Shown here piece after piece: positions 54,488 to 62,769 of a DNA stretch of 64,000 bases (positions within the stretch are counted from its first letter, which is position 1; every line of letters begins with the position of its first letter). The notes beneath the pieces were generated by a model, which saw only the letters and a list, made by a program, of their open reading frames with translations, was not told where the DNA came from and made no database searches. A program made the position numbers and the translations under genes. The DNA comes from a virus. Lineage: Duplodnaviria; Caudoviricetes. The DNA lies in IMG/VR virus record IMGVR_UViG_2816332575_000003, positions 5,247 through 69,246 of that record. One strand, written 5' to 3'.

Positions 54488-55092
54488 GCAGCGACATCGC
54501 GGTCCACGCCGACCTCGCCGACGCCCTCCAACAGCAAGCCATCCAAGCAGGCGCCACCAGCCCGGCCGTGCGAGGCGCGGACTGGCGCCTCGCCATCGTC
54601 ACCACCGTCGGCACGGACGGCACCGTCACCACCTCGGACGGCGTCATCGCCCGCCGCATGGCCACCTACCTCACCCCGGCCGCCGGCGACACGATCGTCG
54701 TCAGCATCTCCAGCAGCGGCAACTGGCTCGCCCACGGCCGCACAGCCGCGGCGACAACCGCCGGCACGTGGCAGCCGCTCACCCTCTCCGGCGGCTGGAC
54801 CACCTACGGAACCCCGTACTGGGCACCGTCCTACCGCATCAACGGGGACGGCACCGTATCCATGAGCGGCCTCGCGAAGGCGCCGGCCAGTGCCACCCAG
54901 CCGCAGACCCTCTGCACCCTGCCCGCCGCTATCGTGCCCGCCTCGAAGTCGCGCTTCCCCACCGAGGTCGCCTCCGGCATCCACGGCGTGATCGACGTCA
55001 ACGCCGTCGGCACCGCCACCTTGCAGATCCAGGACTACTCCGGCAGCGCCTCATGGGCCGCGCTGGACGTCGTCCGCTACCGACTCACCTAG
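54484..55092 (+). CDS. Minor tail / spike protein
   Basis: Position; OB-like N-terminus; WQPLTL...TLP. Confidence 0.65.
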   Translation: MSSDIAVHADLADALQQQAIQAGATSPAVRGADWRLAIVTTVGTDGTVTTSDGVIARRMATYLTPAAGDTIVVSISSSGNWLAHGRTAAATTAGTWQPLTLSGGWTTYGTPYWAPSYRINGDGTVSMSGLAKAPASATQPQTLCTLPAAIVPASKSRFPTEVASGIHGVIDVNAVGTATLQIQDYSGSASWAALDVVRYRLT

Positions 55093-55100
55093 GAGGCCCC

Positions 55101-55382
55101 GTGCCGCACCCCGCCGACGGGTACTACCCGCGCAGCGTCGTTCACCAGGTCCGCGTCGTCGACATCAACGCAGACAGTCAGATGTTCTCCTACACCGCTG
55201 ATCTGCAGCTCGACGGCCGCGGCCAGGGCGTTACCCCCGAACTGCTGGACCGCGTCACGCAGACCATCGCCACTTTCGCCGCCGAGCAGCTGGCCGGCGC
55301 GGGCGGCAACCAGGAGACCCGTGCCACCCTCTCTTACACCGGCGGCCTCGACGTGACCCTGCTGCCCGCGCCGGGGGCCTGA
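55101..55382 (+). CDS. Hypothetical tail-region protein
   Basis: AGGAGG RBS. Confidence 0.55.
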   Translation: MPHPADGYYPRSVVHQVRVVDINADSQMFSYTADLQLDGRGQGVTPELLDRVTQTIATFAAEQLAGAGGNQETRATLSYTGGLDVTLLPAPGA

Positions 55383-56014
55383 TGCCCACCACCGACACCT
55401 ACGGGCAGGGCGTACAGATCGCGTCGCTCACCGACGCGCCGAACATGGAGACGCTGGCCAGCAACCTCGCGACCGGCCTGGTACCGAGGTCCGTGATGCG
55501 GTTCGCGTCCGCCTCCGCCCGCAACGCCACTCTGACGAGCCCGACGGCGGGCATGACCGCCTTCCTGATCGCCGAGAAGCTGCTGACGGTCTACGACGGC
55601 ACCGCGTGGACGGTGGTCGCCGCAGGCACCTCGGCATGGACGACCATCCCGCTGGCCTCCGGTTTCTCGCACAACGGGAACGACAACGGCACTGCGCAGT
55701 ACAGGATCGTCAACCTCTTCGGCGAGCTGACGGTCATGCTGCAGGGCGGCATCGACATCGGCTACTCCGGCAGCCCATCCGTGATCCGCAACGGCGGCAT
55801 CATCACGTCTACGCCGCTGCCGTCCGCGGCCCGGCCCGGATCGCTGCGGACCGTGCCCGCCGCCTGCTCCGCCGTCACCAGCGACTCGCTGTCGCTCAAG
55901 CTCGACGCTCAGCCGGACGGCCACCTGAAGATCGTAGGCACCACGGCCAGCAACGCGTCCGAGCGCATCACCCCGCCGTGGATCTCCCTGAACGGCTGCT
56001 ACTACAGCCTCTGA
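55382..56014 (+). CDS. Minor tail / fibre protein
   Basis: VMRFASASARNA...YDGTAW, TPLPSAARP. Confidence 0.7.
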   Translation: MPTTDTYGQGVQIASLTDAPNMETLASNLATGLVPRSVMRFASASARNATLTSPTAGMTAFLIAEKLLTVYDGTAWTVVAAGTSAWTTIPLASGFSHNGNDNGTAQYRIVNLFGELTVMLQGGIDIGYSGSPSVIRNGGIITSTPLPSAARPGSLRTVPAACSAVTSDSLSLKLDAQPDGHLKIVGTTASNASERITPPWISLNGCYYSL

Positions 56015-56056
56015 CCTGCCAATTTCGCGGCGCCGCGAAAATCTCCCCGCACTTCA

Positions 56057-56081
56057 CGCCCCGCCGAGCCGGGGCCTTTCG
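56057..56081 (+). terminator. Terminator-like hairpin
   Basis: GCCCCG..CGGGGC followed by CTTTC. Confidence 0.5.
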
Positions 56082-56097
56082 CATGTCTGGAGGCCCC

Positions 56098-56370
56098 ATG
56101 GCCCGATACCGAAAGAAGCCCGTCGAGGTCGACGCCGTGCACTTCGACGGCACCAACCGTGACGAGGTCGCCGACTTCATGGGGCAGACCGGCAAGGTCG
56201 AAGAGACCAAGGTGCCCGGCCCCGGCCGTGGGCTGCACGACGGCATTGTCATCCACACCCTCGAAGGCGACATGACCGCATCCGTAGGCGACTGGATCAT
56301 CCGTGGTGTGCGGGGCGAGTACTACCCCTGCAAGCCGAGCGTCTTCGCCGCGACCTACGAGGAGGCGTGA
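56098..56370 (+). CDS. Conserved phage protein (RKKPV...TLEG...YPCKP family)
   Basis: YRKKPVEVDAV, TLEGDM...GDWII, YPCKP..F..TYE. Confidence 0.8.
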   Translation: MARYRKKPVEVDAVHFDGTNRDEVADFMGQTGKVEETKVPGPGRGLHDGIVIHTLEGDMTASVGDWIIRGVRGEYYPCKPSVFAATYEEA

Positions 56371-57206
56371 TGGCCGCACCCCTGTCCGCCGCCGCGTTCC
56401 TCGCCGCGCTCCGAGCCGAGGGCGTCAAGGTTGTCGAGGTCGGCTCCTGGCGTACCCACACGCGCACGGCGTCGTCGCGGCCATGGGGCCCGGTGAACGG
56501 CGTTGTCATCCACCACACCGTGTCTTCCGGGACCGCATCGTCCGTACAGCTCTGCCGCGACGGCTACAGCAGCCTGCCCGGCCCGCTGTGCCACGGCGTC
56601 ATCGACAAGCAGGGCGTCGTGCACCTCGTCGGCTACGGCCGCGCGAACCACGCCGGCGGTGGCGACCCGGCCGTCCTCCAGCAGGTCATCGACGAGTTCT
56701 ACGGCACCGCGCCGTCCCGCCCGACGAAGGGCAACGCCAACGGCGTTGACGGCAACGCGCGCTTCTACGGCTTCGAGTGCATCAACCTCGGCGACGGCAA
56801 GGACCCGTGGCCCGCCGCGCAGCTCGACGCGATCGAGCGCGTCTCGGCGGCGATCTGCCGGGCGCACGGCTGGTCCGCGAAGTCGGTGATCGGGCACCTG
56901 GAGTGGTCCGCCGACAAGGTCGACCCGCGCGGCTTCACCATGCCCGACATGCGCGCCCGCATCGCCCGGCGGCTCGCAGGCGAGCCCGGCACACCTACTA
57001 CTCCCGAGGAGACGAACGTGGCACTCACTGACGCTGAGATCAAGCGCATTTGGGCTTACCGCCTGGTCAGCCCCACCGACACCGACGCCGACAACACGAG
57101 GGAAGCCGGGACTTTCCTGCGCTACGCCGACCAGCGCCAAGCCGACCTCGTCGCCCGCCTGGAGCGCATCGAGGCCGCCCTCAAGAAGCTCACCGACGAG
57201 AGCTGA
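56370..57206 (+). CDS. Endolysin, N-acetylmuramoyl-L-alanine amidase
   Basis: IHHT, PGPLCH, RANHAG, GFEC, VIGHLEW, KVDP. Confidence 0.9.
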   Translation: MAAPLSAAAFLAALRAEGVKVVEVGSWRTHTRTASSRPWGPVNGVVIHHTVSSGTASSVQLCRDGYSSLPGPLCHGVIDKQGVVHLVGYGRANHAGGGDPAVLQQVIDEFYGTAPSRPTKGNANGVDGNARFYGFECINLGDGKDPWPAAQLDAIERVSAAICRAHGWSAKSVIGHLEWSADKVDPRGFTMPDMRARIARRLAGEPGTPTTPEETNVALTDAEIKRIWAYRLVSPTDTDADNTREAGTFLRYADQRQADLVARLERIEAALKKLTDES

Positions 57207-57217
57207 GGGAGCCCCTG

Positions 57218-57772
57218 ATGGCCGCCATCGACTATGACCTGGAGTTTTTGGAGGACGGCCGCACCATCGAGCTGATCTCAATCGGCATGGTGTGCGACGA
57301 CGGACGCGAGTACTACGCCGTCAACCGTGACATGCCAGTTCGGAAGATCCGCAAGCACAAGTGGCTGATGGAGAACGTCGTTCCGGGCTTGCCGAAGGGA
57401 CAGGGCGATCGACGCAATCACGTGCCGAAGTCCTGGCTGTTCGACTACGTCGACCCGGTCGTGAAGCGCCGCGAGCGGATCGCCGACGAGGTCGTGGACT
57501 TCATCCACGCCACCGGGCGCGACGTCGAACTGTGGGCGAACTACGGCGCCTACGACCACGTATGCCTGGCTCAGCTCTGGGGCCGGATGATCGATCTCCC
57601 CAAGGGCGTTCCGATGTTCACCTGCGACATCCAGCAGGAGCGCGCCCGGCTCGGACTCGCCTGGGACGACCTACCTCAGCAGGAATCCGGAGAGCACAAC
57701 GCGCTCGCCGACGCCCGCCACAACCAGACCGTCCGGCGCTGGCTCGCCGAACGCGCACAGAACGGAGCCTGA
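57218..57772 (+). CDS. DEDDh 3'-5' exoribonuclease (RNase AS / DUF5051-like)
   Basis: YDLEF.EDG.TIELISIG, AYDHV, HNALADA. Confidence 0.85.
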   Translation: MAAIDYDLEFLEDGRTIELISIGMVCDDGREYYAVNRDMPVRKIRKHKWLMENVVPGLPKGQGDRRNHVPKSWLFDYVDPVVKRRERIADEVVDFIHATGRDVELWANYGAYDHVCLAQLWGRMIDLPKGVPMFTCDIQQERARLGLAWDDLPQQESGEHNALADARHNQTVRRWLAERAQNGA

Positions 57773-57773
57773 T

Positions 57774-58016
57774 ATGGCCACCGCACCCGTCGAAGCGAAG
57801 GTCAAGGCGGCCACCACCAGTACCTTCGTCGCCTCCCTGATCCTCGCCGTCCTCAACGCCGTCAGCGCCGACAGCACCCTGCTGGACCCGCTGCCGGGCT
57901 GGCTGCAGGCCGTCATCGTGGCGCTCGTGCCCACCGCGGTCACCTACCTGGCCGCATGGCAGGCCCGGCACACCCCGCGCCCGGCCCCTGTCGAGCCGCC
58001 CGTACAGGGACTCTGA
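57774..58016 (+). CDS. Holin
   Basis: 2 TM; VEAKVKAA...AWQARHTPR. Confidence 0.75.
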   Translation: MATAPVEAKVKAATTSTFVASLILAVLNAVSADSTLLDPLPGWLQAVIVALVPTAVTYLAAWQARHTPRPAPVEPPVQGL

Positions 58017-58456
58017 TGTGCACGGCGGCCCGGCGACTGCGTGAGCACCTGGGTCGCCGCGGCGCGTTCCTGCTGATCCTCGGCACTGGGAAGGCCTGCT
58101 GGGGCTTGAGCTTCATCATCGAACCCCAGCCGAATCCTGTCGGCCTTGACCTGCTTACCCGCGTCGCGCCGCTGCACTGCTGGGCCTGGCTGTGGATCGT
58201 CGCCGGACTCACCATGCTCGTCTGTGCGTTCCTGAGAGTCGGCCGGGACGGGCTCGGCTTCGCGGTCGCCCTCGTACCCCCCACCACGTGGGCCACCGCC
58301 TACACCGTCGCCGTCGTCAGCGGCGAATATCCGCGCGGCGGGTACGCCGCCATCTGGTACCTGACCTCGCACGTCGGGGTCATCCTGTGGGCGGCGACGG
58401 TGCCCGAGCACTCGGTCCCCCCAGCGCCGCGCGCCCGGAGAGGCAAGGGCGCATGA
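58016..58456 (+). CDS. 4-TM lysis-region membrane protein
   Basis: LGRRGAFLL; hydrophobic helices. Confidence 0.65.
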   Translation: MCTAARRLREHLGRRGAFLLILGTGKACWGLSFIIEPQPNPVGLDLLTRVAPLHCWAWLWIVAGLTMLVCAFLRVGRDGLGFAVALVPPTTWATAYTVAVVSGEYPRGGYAAIWYLTSHVGVILWAATVPEHSVPPAPRARRGKGA

Positions 58457-58812
58457 GTATCTGGGCAGGGCTGGTAGCCGCGTTCGGCACGCTGGGCATG
58501 GTCCTGGCCGGTTGGTTCGCCGCGCGAGCCACACGGGCCGCAGCATCGGCCACCGCCGAGGCTACCCGGGCCGCGGCGCAAGCCGCGGCGGAGCCGGCAC
58601 AGCGTGAGCGGGACCTCGCCGCGTTCCAGGCGATCCGGGACGACATGCAGGAGGAGGTCCGGGAGTTGCGCACGGAGACGACTCGCCTGCGCGCGATCGT
58701 AAGGTCGTTCGCCAGCTACGTGGGGGAGCTGACTCTGCAGATGCGGGCCGGCGGCATCGACCCGTCCGCCCCGCCGCCCCTCGTCGACGAGTACAACCGC
58801 ACCGGAGTGTGA
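58453..58812 (+). CDS. TM plus coiled-coil lysis-region protein
   Basis: N-terminal TM, coiled coil. Confidence 0.65.
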   Translation: MSIWAGLVAAFGTLGMVLAGWFAARATRAAASATAEATRAAAQAAAEPAQRERDLAAFQAIRDDMQEEVRELRTETTRLRAIVRSFASYVGELTLQMRAGGIDPSAPPPLVDEYNRTGV

Positions 58813-58813
58813 C

Positions 58814-58972
58814 ATGCCCGACCAGCCTGTACCGCAGCCCGCGGAGCCGCGCGTCGACGAAACCGCCGGGGACATCGGCTCGCTGGTGCGCCTCGGCGTC
58901 GTCGACCCGCCGCCCGTACCGTCACCCGAGCCGCCGCCACCGCCCACCGAGACGCTCGACGCGCCCTCATGA
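58814..58972 (+). CDS. Small Pro-rich protein
   Basis: GGAG RBS; last gene before the terminator. Confidence 0.45.
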   Translation: MPDQPVPQPAEPRVDETAGDIGSLVRLGVVDPPPVPSPEPPPPPTETLDAPS

Positions 58973-58975
58973 CCT

Positions 58976-59012
58976 GCGCCCCGCTCCTGCTTCGGCAAGG
59001 GCGGGGCGCTTC
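58976..59012. terminator. Late-operon terminator
   Basis: GCGCCCCGC...GCGGGGCGC-TTC. Confidence 0.6.
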
Positions 59013-59030
59013 GTCGTGTCCGTGTCTGCG

Positions 59031-59489
59031 TCAGGCATCGACTGTGGTGGCGTAGCTGCGCCAGCCCATGCGCGCTGCCTCGGCGTTCAGTGTCTCGCGC
59101 CATCCCTGCGGTGGCGCGTGGTTCGGGTCCTCGCCGTCGCCCCTGTAGTAGAGGAACGGGCGGTCATCGGACCAGGTCATGAGGTCGATACCGAGCCGCT
59201 CCGCGTCGGTGAGCAGCACGTCGATGGCGGCAGTGAGCCCGTTGACGGTCGTACCGGGGCGGTAAGGGGTGCTGGGGATGTTGACGTCGGTCACGAAGTA
59301 GCGGGTCTCCAGGTGGCCTTGCGTGGAGACCTGCCCTTCCGCGACGTCGTCGTCGGCGTGCCCGTCGTCGAAAAACTCCAGGGACGCCTTCCAGCCGGGG
59401 AACGCCTGGCCGTTGGTGGTCCGGGCCTGCGGCGACCATGTCACCGTGATGCCGACGGACCAGTACCCGCCGCTCCTTTTGCTGATCAT
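59031..59489 (-). CDS. Hypothetical protein
   Basis: TAGGAG RBS. Confidence 0.6.
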   Translation of the reverse strand: MISKRSGGYWSVGITVTWSPQARTTNGQAFPGWKASLEFFDDGHADDDVAEGQVSTQGHLETRYFVTDVNIPSTPYRPGTTVNGLTAAIDVLLTDAERLGIDLMTWSDDRPFLYYRGDGEDPNHAPPQGWRETLNAEAARMGWRSYATTVDA

Positions 59490-59498
59490 GCCGGTCTC

Positions 59499-59804
59499 CT
59501 ACTTCTCTCGGTGGTGGCGATTGGTGTGGTTGCGGATGCTGGCGGGTGCGCCGACGTACTCGCAGTGCGGGCATTCGCCCCACGCCCCGACCTCGACGGC
59601 CTTGGCACTGAGGGAGTGGCCGGGTCCGTAGCCGTGTTTGTGGAGTAGCTGGGCTACGGAGGAGCCGTATTCGACGGCGAGGAGGGCGGCTTCGGCGGTC
59701 TTGTCGTGGCCGCGGGCGAAGAAGCTGCCGAGGCCGACCGTGGTGCCGCAGCCGCACCAGCAGGTGCCGGTGGGGATGAGGCGGGGGAGTTCGCTGCTTG
59801 ACAT
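59499..59804 (-). CDS. Zn-binding hypothetical protein
   Basis: CWCGCG...GHD; CPHC...H..H. Confidence 0.65.
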   Translation of the reverse strand: MSSSELPRLIPTGTCWCGCGTTVGLGSFFARGHDKTAEAALLAVEYGSSVAQLLHKHGYGPGHSLSAKAVEVGAWGECPHCEYVGAPASIRNHTNRHHREK

Positions 59805-59807
59805 GCT

Positions 59808-59852
59808 TCATGGTACCCATTCTTGAAGCTCTTTCAAGAATGGGTACCATGA
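59808..59852. repeat. Perfect 20-bp-arm inverted repeat
   Basis: TCATGGTACCCATTCTTGAA-GCTCT-TTCAAGAATGGGTACCATGA. Confidence 0.85.
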
Positions 59853-59940
59853 TTATTCCTCGCCTATCACGGCAACTTGTCGCATGGTCGCGCGAAATGA
59901 TGTCCGGTGGCGTGCCGCGCCGAAGGTGACGGCCGTTGCG

Positions 59941-60162
59941 TCACGCGCTGCTGAGGCTCGGCCCGCCGTAGTCGTGCGGCCGTCCGCCGCGCCATTCCAC
60001 CCAGGAGGGATCGTCGAGCAGGGGCTCGGCGTCGGGCAGCCCGGCCCGCCGCAGGAACTCCACGACGTCGGCATCGGAGTGCGCGAGGCCGAGGATCGTG
60101 CCGTCCACGCGCACCCGCCTGCCCCCGGTCGGGCTCGGCTCCTGGATCACGATGCGCGCCAT
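59941..60162 (-). CDS. Conserved hypothetical protein
   Basis: GGRRVRVDGTILGLAHS..DVVEFLRRAGL...VEWRGG. Confidence 0.65.
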   Translation of the reverse strand: MARIVIQEPSPTGGRRVRVDGTILGLAHSDADVVEFLRRAGLPDAEPLLDDPSWVEWRGGRPHDYGGPSLSSA

Positions 60163-60203
60163 GACACCAGCGTGCGGGAGGCCGGAGCCGGGCGCATCCG
60201 GGG

Positions 60204-60386
60204 CTACTGCGGGGCGGGGCGCTCCGGCAGCTCGACGCCGGGGCGGTGCACGTACCACTCCATGAAGTGCCGGAGTTCGGCGGAGCGGTCGCTGCCGACT
60301 TGATCGGCCGCGGTGCCGAAGTCCTCCCATAGCTGGTCGGGGATTCGGCGGATTCCGCGGAGTTTTTCGCTGTGCTGGTTGGCCAT
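60204..60386 (-). CDS. Ribbon-helix-helix-like small repressor
   Basis: RGIRRIPDQLWEDF...RSAELRHFMEWY. Confidence 0.65.
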   Translation of the reverse strand: MANQHSEKLRGIRRIPDQLWEDFGTAADQVGSDRSAELRHFMEWYVHRPGVELPERPAPQ

Positions 60387-60402
60387 GGAGAAATCTTCCC
60401 AG

Positions 60403-60462
60403 GGTGGTTGACCACCTGTCCAGAGTGTGTCACCTTGGAGATATCAAGGTGGTTAACCACCT
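60403..60462. promoter_or_regulatory. Palindromic operators in a divergent promoter
   Basis: GGTGGTTGACCACC (60403) and AGGTGGTTAACCACCT (60447). Confidence 0.65.
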
Positions 60463-60480
60463 CGGAACTGGGGAGACATC

Positions 60481-60822
60481 ATGGCCGTGCACCTCGTCAC
60501 CTACACCGCGCAGACCGCCACCGGCCCCGAGACGCGCATCGGCCGCGTCCTCAGCCCCCGCACCCGCCCCTCCTGGAAGGACTGCCACGAGCAGCTCGAC
60601 GGATTCACCGGCCGCGGCACCTACCTCGGCACCGAACCGCAGTACACGCTCAACTACCGAACCCCCTCCGGGCCCCAGACCAGGACCATCAGTTCGAGCG
60701 GAGTCCAAGTAGTCGGCAAAGTCGTCATGAGCCTCGCCGACCGCGGGCAGGCATGGGACATCCAGGTACTGAACGCCGACGGCAGCGACGTCACCTTCGA
60801 GTTCGCCTGTTTCCGGGACTGA
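60481..60822 (+). CDS. Hypothetical protein
   Basis: GGGGAG RBS; divergent from the RHH gene. Confidence 0.6.
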   Translation: MAVHLVTYTAQTATGPETRIGRVLSPRTRPSWKDCHEQLDGFTGRGTYLGTEPQYTLNYRTPSGPQTRTISSSGVQVVGKVVMSLADRGQAWDIQVLNADGSDVTFEFACFRD

Positions 60823-60918
60823 ACAAACCGAAGAAGCCTCGCGACCTGCCACACTCAGACCAGGCCCCGCCCCGATCCCCCGTGCGGCGGGGCCGCCTCC
60901 GCTCCCGAGGAGAGCGCC

Positions 60919-61149
60919 ATGCCGCTACCCGTCGCCATCGCCTTCACCGTCGTCCTGGCCGTTGAGATGTTGTGGCTCATCGCCTCGATGACCGCATCCC
61001 TGCACCTCGGCAGCACGGGCCCGCTCTGGCTCTGCTGGCCCGCCCGCTTCTGGGACGCCGTACACAGCCGATCCGCCGCCCTGCGCCCGCCCCGCCCCGA
61101 CTACACGCGTATCGCCCGCCTGGAGCGGGAGCTGGGCATCGGCGGCTGA
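60919..61149 (+). CDS. Small membrane protein
   Basis: TM; PRPDYTRIARLERELG. Confidence 0.55.
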   Translation: MPLPVAIAFTVVLAVEMLWLIASMTASLHLGSTGPLWLCWPARFWDAVHSRSAALRPPRPDYTRIARLERELGIGG

Positions 61150-61279
61150 CCGGCGTTGTCAGTGCCCGCCCGTACCCTCAACTCAACACATCAACTGTGT
61201 GCACTCAAGCTGGGAGTGCTGCTCGAACCGCCCCGCCGGAACAGCGCCCGCGCGGGGCGGACGGCTACCTGGAGGACCC

Positions 61280-61642
61280 GTGGACGATCTGGTGCAGTTC
61301 TTGCGCGACCGGCTCGACGAAGACGAAGCGGTGGCGCGCGCCTGTGCGGGCGATGGCGGCTGGGACGCAAGCAACATCGCCATCTATGGCCCCGATCTCG
61401 CGCCGGAAGTGCGCGAGCACATGGCCCGCCACGACCCGGCCCGCGTCCTCGCCGAGGTCGAAGCCAAACGGCAGATCATCGAACTGTGCGAGCCGCCATT
61501 GGTCGACGTGACCGGTTACGGCCCGGTTGAGAGTCGCGACTACATCCCTGGCGAAGGGGAGGCATGGGGGCTGCCAGTCCTCAAGCGACTTGCCCTGCCC
61601 TACGCCAACCACCCCGACTATCGCGAGGAGTGGCGGCCGTAG
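61280..61642 (+). CDS. DUF6221-family protein
   Basis: FLRDRLDEDE, ARHDPARVLAEVEAKR, LALPYANHPDYREEW. Confidence 0.8.
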   Translation: MDDLVQFLRDRLDEDEAVARACAGDGGWDASNIAIYGPDLAPEVREHMARHDPARVLAEVEAKRQIIELCEPPLVDVTGYGPVESRDYIPGEGEAWGLPVLKRLALPYANHPDYREEWRP

Positions 61643-61846
61643 CTACTCGCCCTCGGGCTCGGGATGCCGCACGCGCCGCTTCAGCTCCCGCTCGACGTCG
61701 TACCGGCTCTGGCCAGTCGCCGCGGCGTGCGCGGTGACGGCGGCCTGGACGGCCTCGGCGGTGTCGGTGGTGAGCGCCCCGGCCTGAATCTCGGCCCAGG
61801 CGGCTTCTTCCAGCTTGATCAAATCGTCTGTGAGTTCGATAGCCAC
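61643..61846 (-). CDS. Hypothetical protein
   Basis: Ends LKRRVRHPE; conserved-looking. Confidence 0.55.
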   Translation of the reverse strand: MAIELTDDLIKLEEAAWAEIQAGALTTDTAEAVQAAVTAHAAATGQSRYDVERELKRRVRHPEPEGE

Positions 61847-61855
61847 TGGCTGATA

Positions 61856-62005
61856 CTACGCGGCCATGGCCAAATCCCGACGCACCGCCGCCACCCACGC
61901 CTCCAGCAGCCGCTCGTACTCCGCCTGCTCCTCCGGCCACAGCGGACGGCCGGCGCGGGACGCCATGAAGCAGCGGATCGCGTCGTTTGCCTCGGCGGTG
62001 GTCAT
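61856..62005 (-). CDS. Small hypothetical protein
   Basis: MTTAEANDAIR...EYERLLEAW. Confidence 0.5.
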   Translation of the reverse strand: MTTAEANDAIRCFMASRAGRPLWPEEQAEYERLLEAWVAAVRRDLAMAA

Positions 62006-62156
62006 GCTGGGGATCTTACGGGCGGGCAGTGACAGCGAGATCGCGTTCCCCGGCGCTGGCCACGACCCGCGCGGTAAGTGACAGGTTCACACGGGGTGTA
62101 AAGAAAACACCAAGGGGAACCCGGCGCACACCTGGTGCATATGACAGGTAAGTTGT

Positions 62157-62414
62157 TCACTGGTCAACGGACGGCTCTGCGTCTCGCACGAGACGGTAGA
62201 GCGGAGTGCTCAGTGCGTCAGCGATCAGCAGGAGATAGTCCAGCGGGGGAGAGATGCGACCGTTCTCTATGCGACTGACCGTTTTACGGTCCAAACCTGA
62301 CCGCTCGGCGAGCCTCTCCTGCGAGAGGCCGCGGTGACGGCGCGCGAGCCTGATCTGCTCGCCGATCGCCCTGCGCCTCGCGAGTAGCTCGGGGCGGGGA
62401 GGGTCGATCGGCAC
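62157..62414 (-). CDS. XRE-family HTH protein
   Basis: IGEQIRLARRHRGLSQERLAERSGLDRKTVSRIENG. Confidence 0.85.
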   Translation of the reverse strand: MPIDPPRPELLARRRAIGEQIRLARRHRGLSQERLAERSGLDRKTVSRIENGRISPPLDYLLLIADALSTPLYRLVRDAEPSVDQ

Positions 62415-62687
62415 CCATTTACGGTGAATCGATCTTGGTCGAAAGTCTGTACCCAGTTGGGTACATCTCGCCTCGCGGGTAGGCCTGTCTTGAGCTGGGC
62501 CGCGAAGCGATCCAGTACGCCGGCCCCGGACCGCCAAGCCCACCTCCCAAGTGGGCGGTCTGGGGCCGGTCTCGGTTGATCAACTGGGAGATGAATGGGA
62601 AATCTGGGCGGCAGTTTCCTGCAATCGCCTACCCTGAAATGCAAGTAACTGGCAGGAACGGCTACCCACAGGGTGATGGACGCGGAA

Positions 62688-62720
62688 GAGGCTGGACCCG
62701 CAGAGTGCGGGTCCAGCCTC
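62688..62720. terminator. Host terminator hairpin downstream of terD
   Basis: GAGGCTGGACCCGCA-GAG-TGCGGGTCCAGCCTC. Confidence 0.65.
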
Positions 62721-62769
62721 GCCGTCGTCTGACGCTCAGCGCTGCGGCACCGCGCTGACCTGGCAGTTC

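Larger units (their letters stand above)
1..62650 (+). mobile_element. Temperate siphovirus prophage (left end and integrase outside window) carrying a conjugation module
   Basis: Replication genes, terminase, portal, capsid, tail, tape measure and lysin in canonical order, followed by a host-type terD gene. The right boundary is approximate. Confidence 0.93.

Noticed and set aside
51160-56014. Diversity-generating retroelement or invertible tail-fibre cassette
   Set aside because: No reverse transcriptase, recombinase or TR/VR-like repeat pair detected by eye
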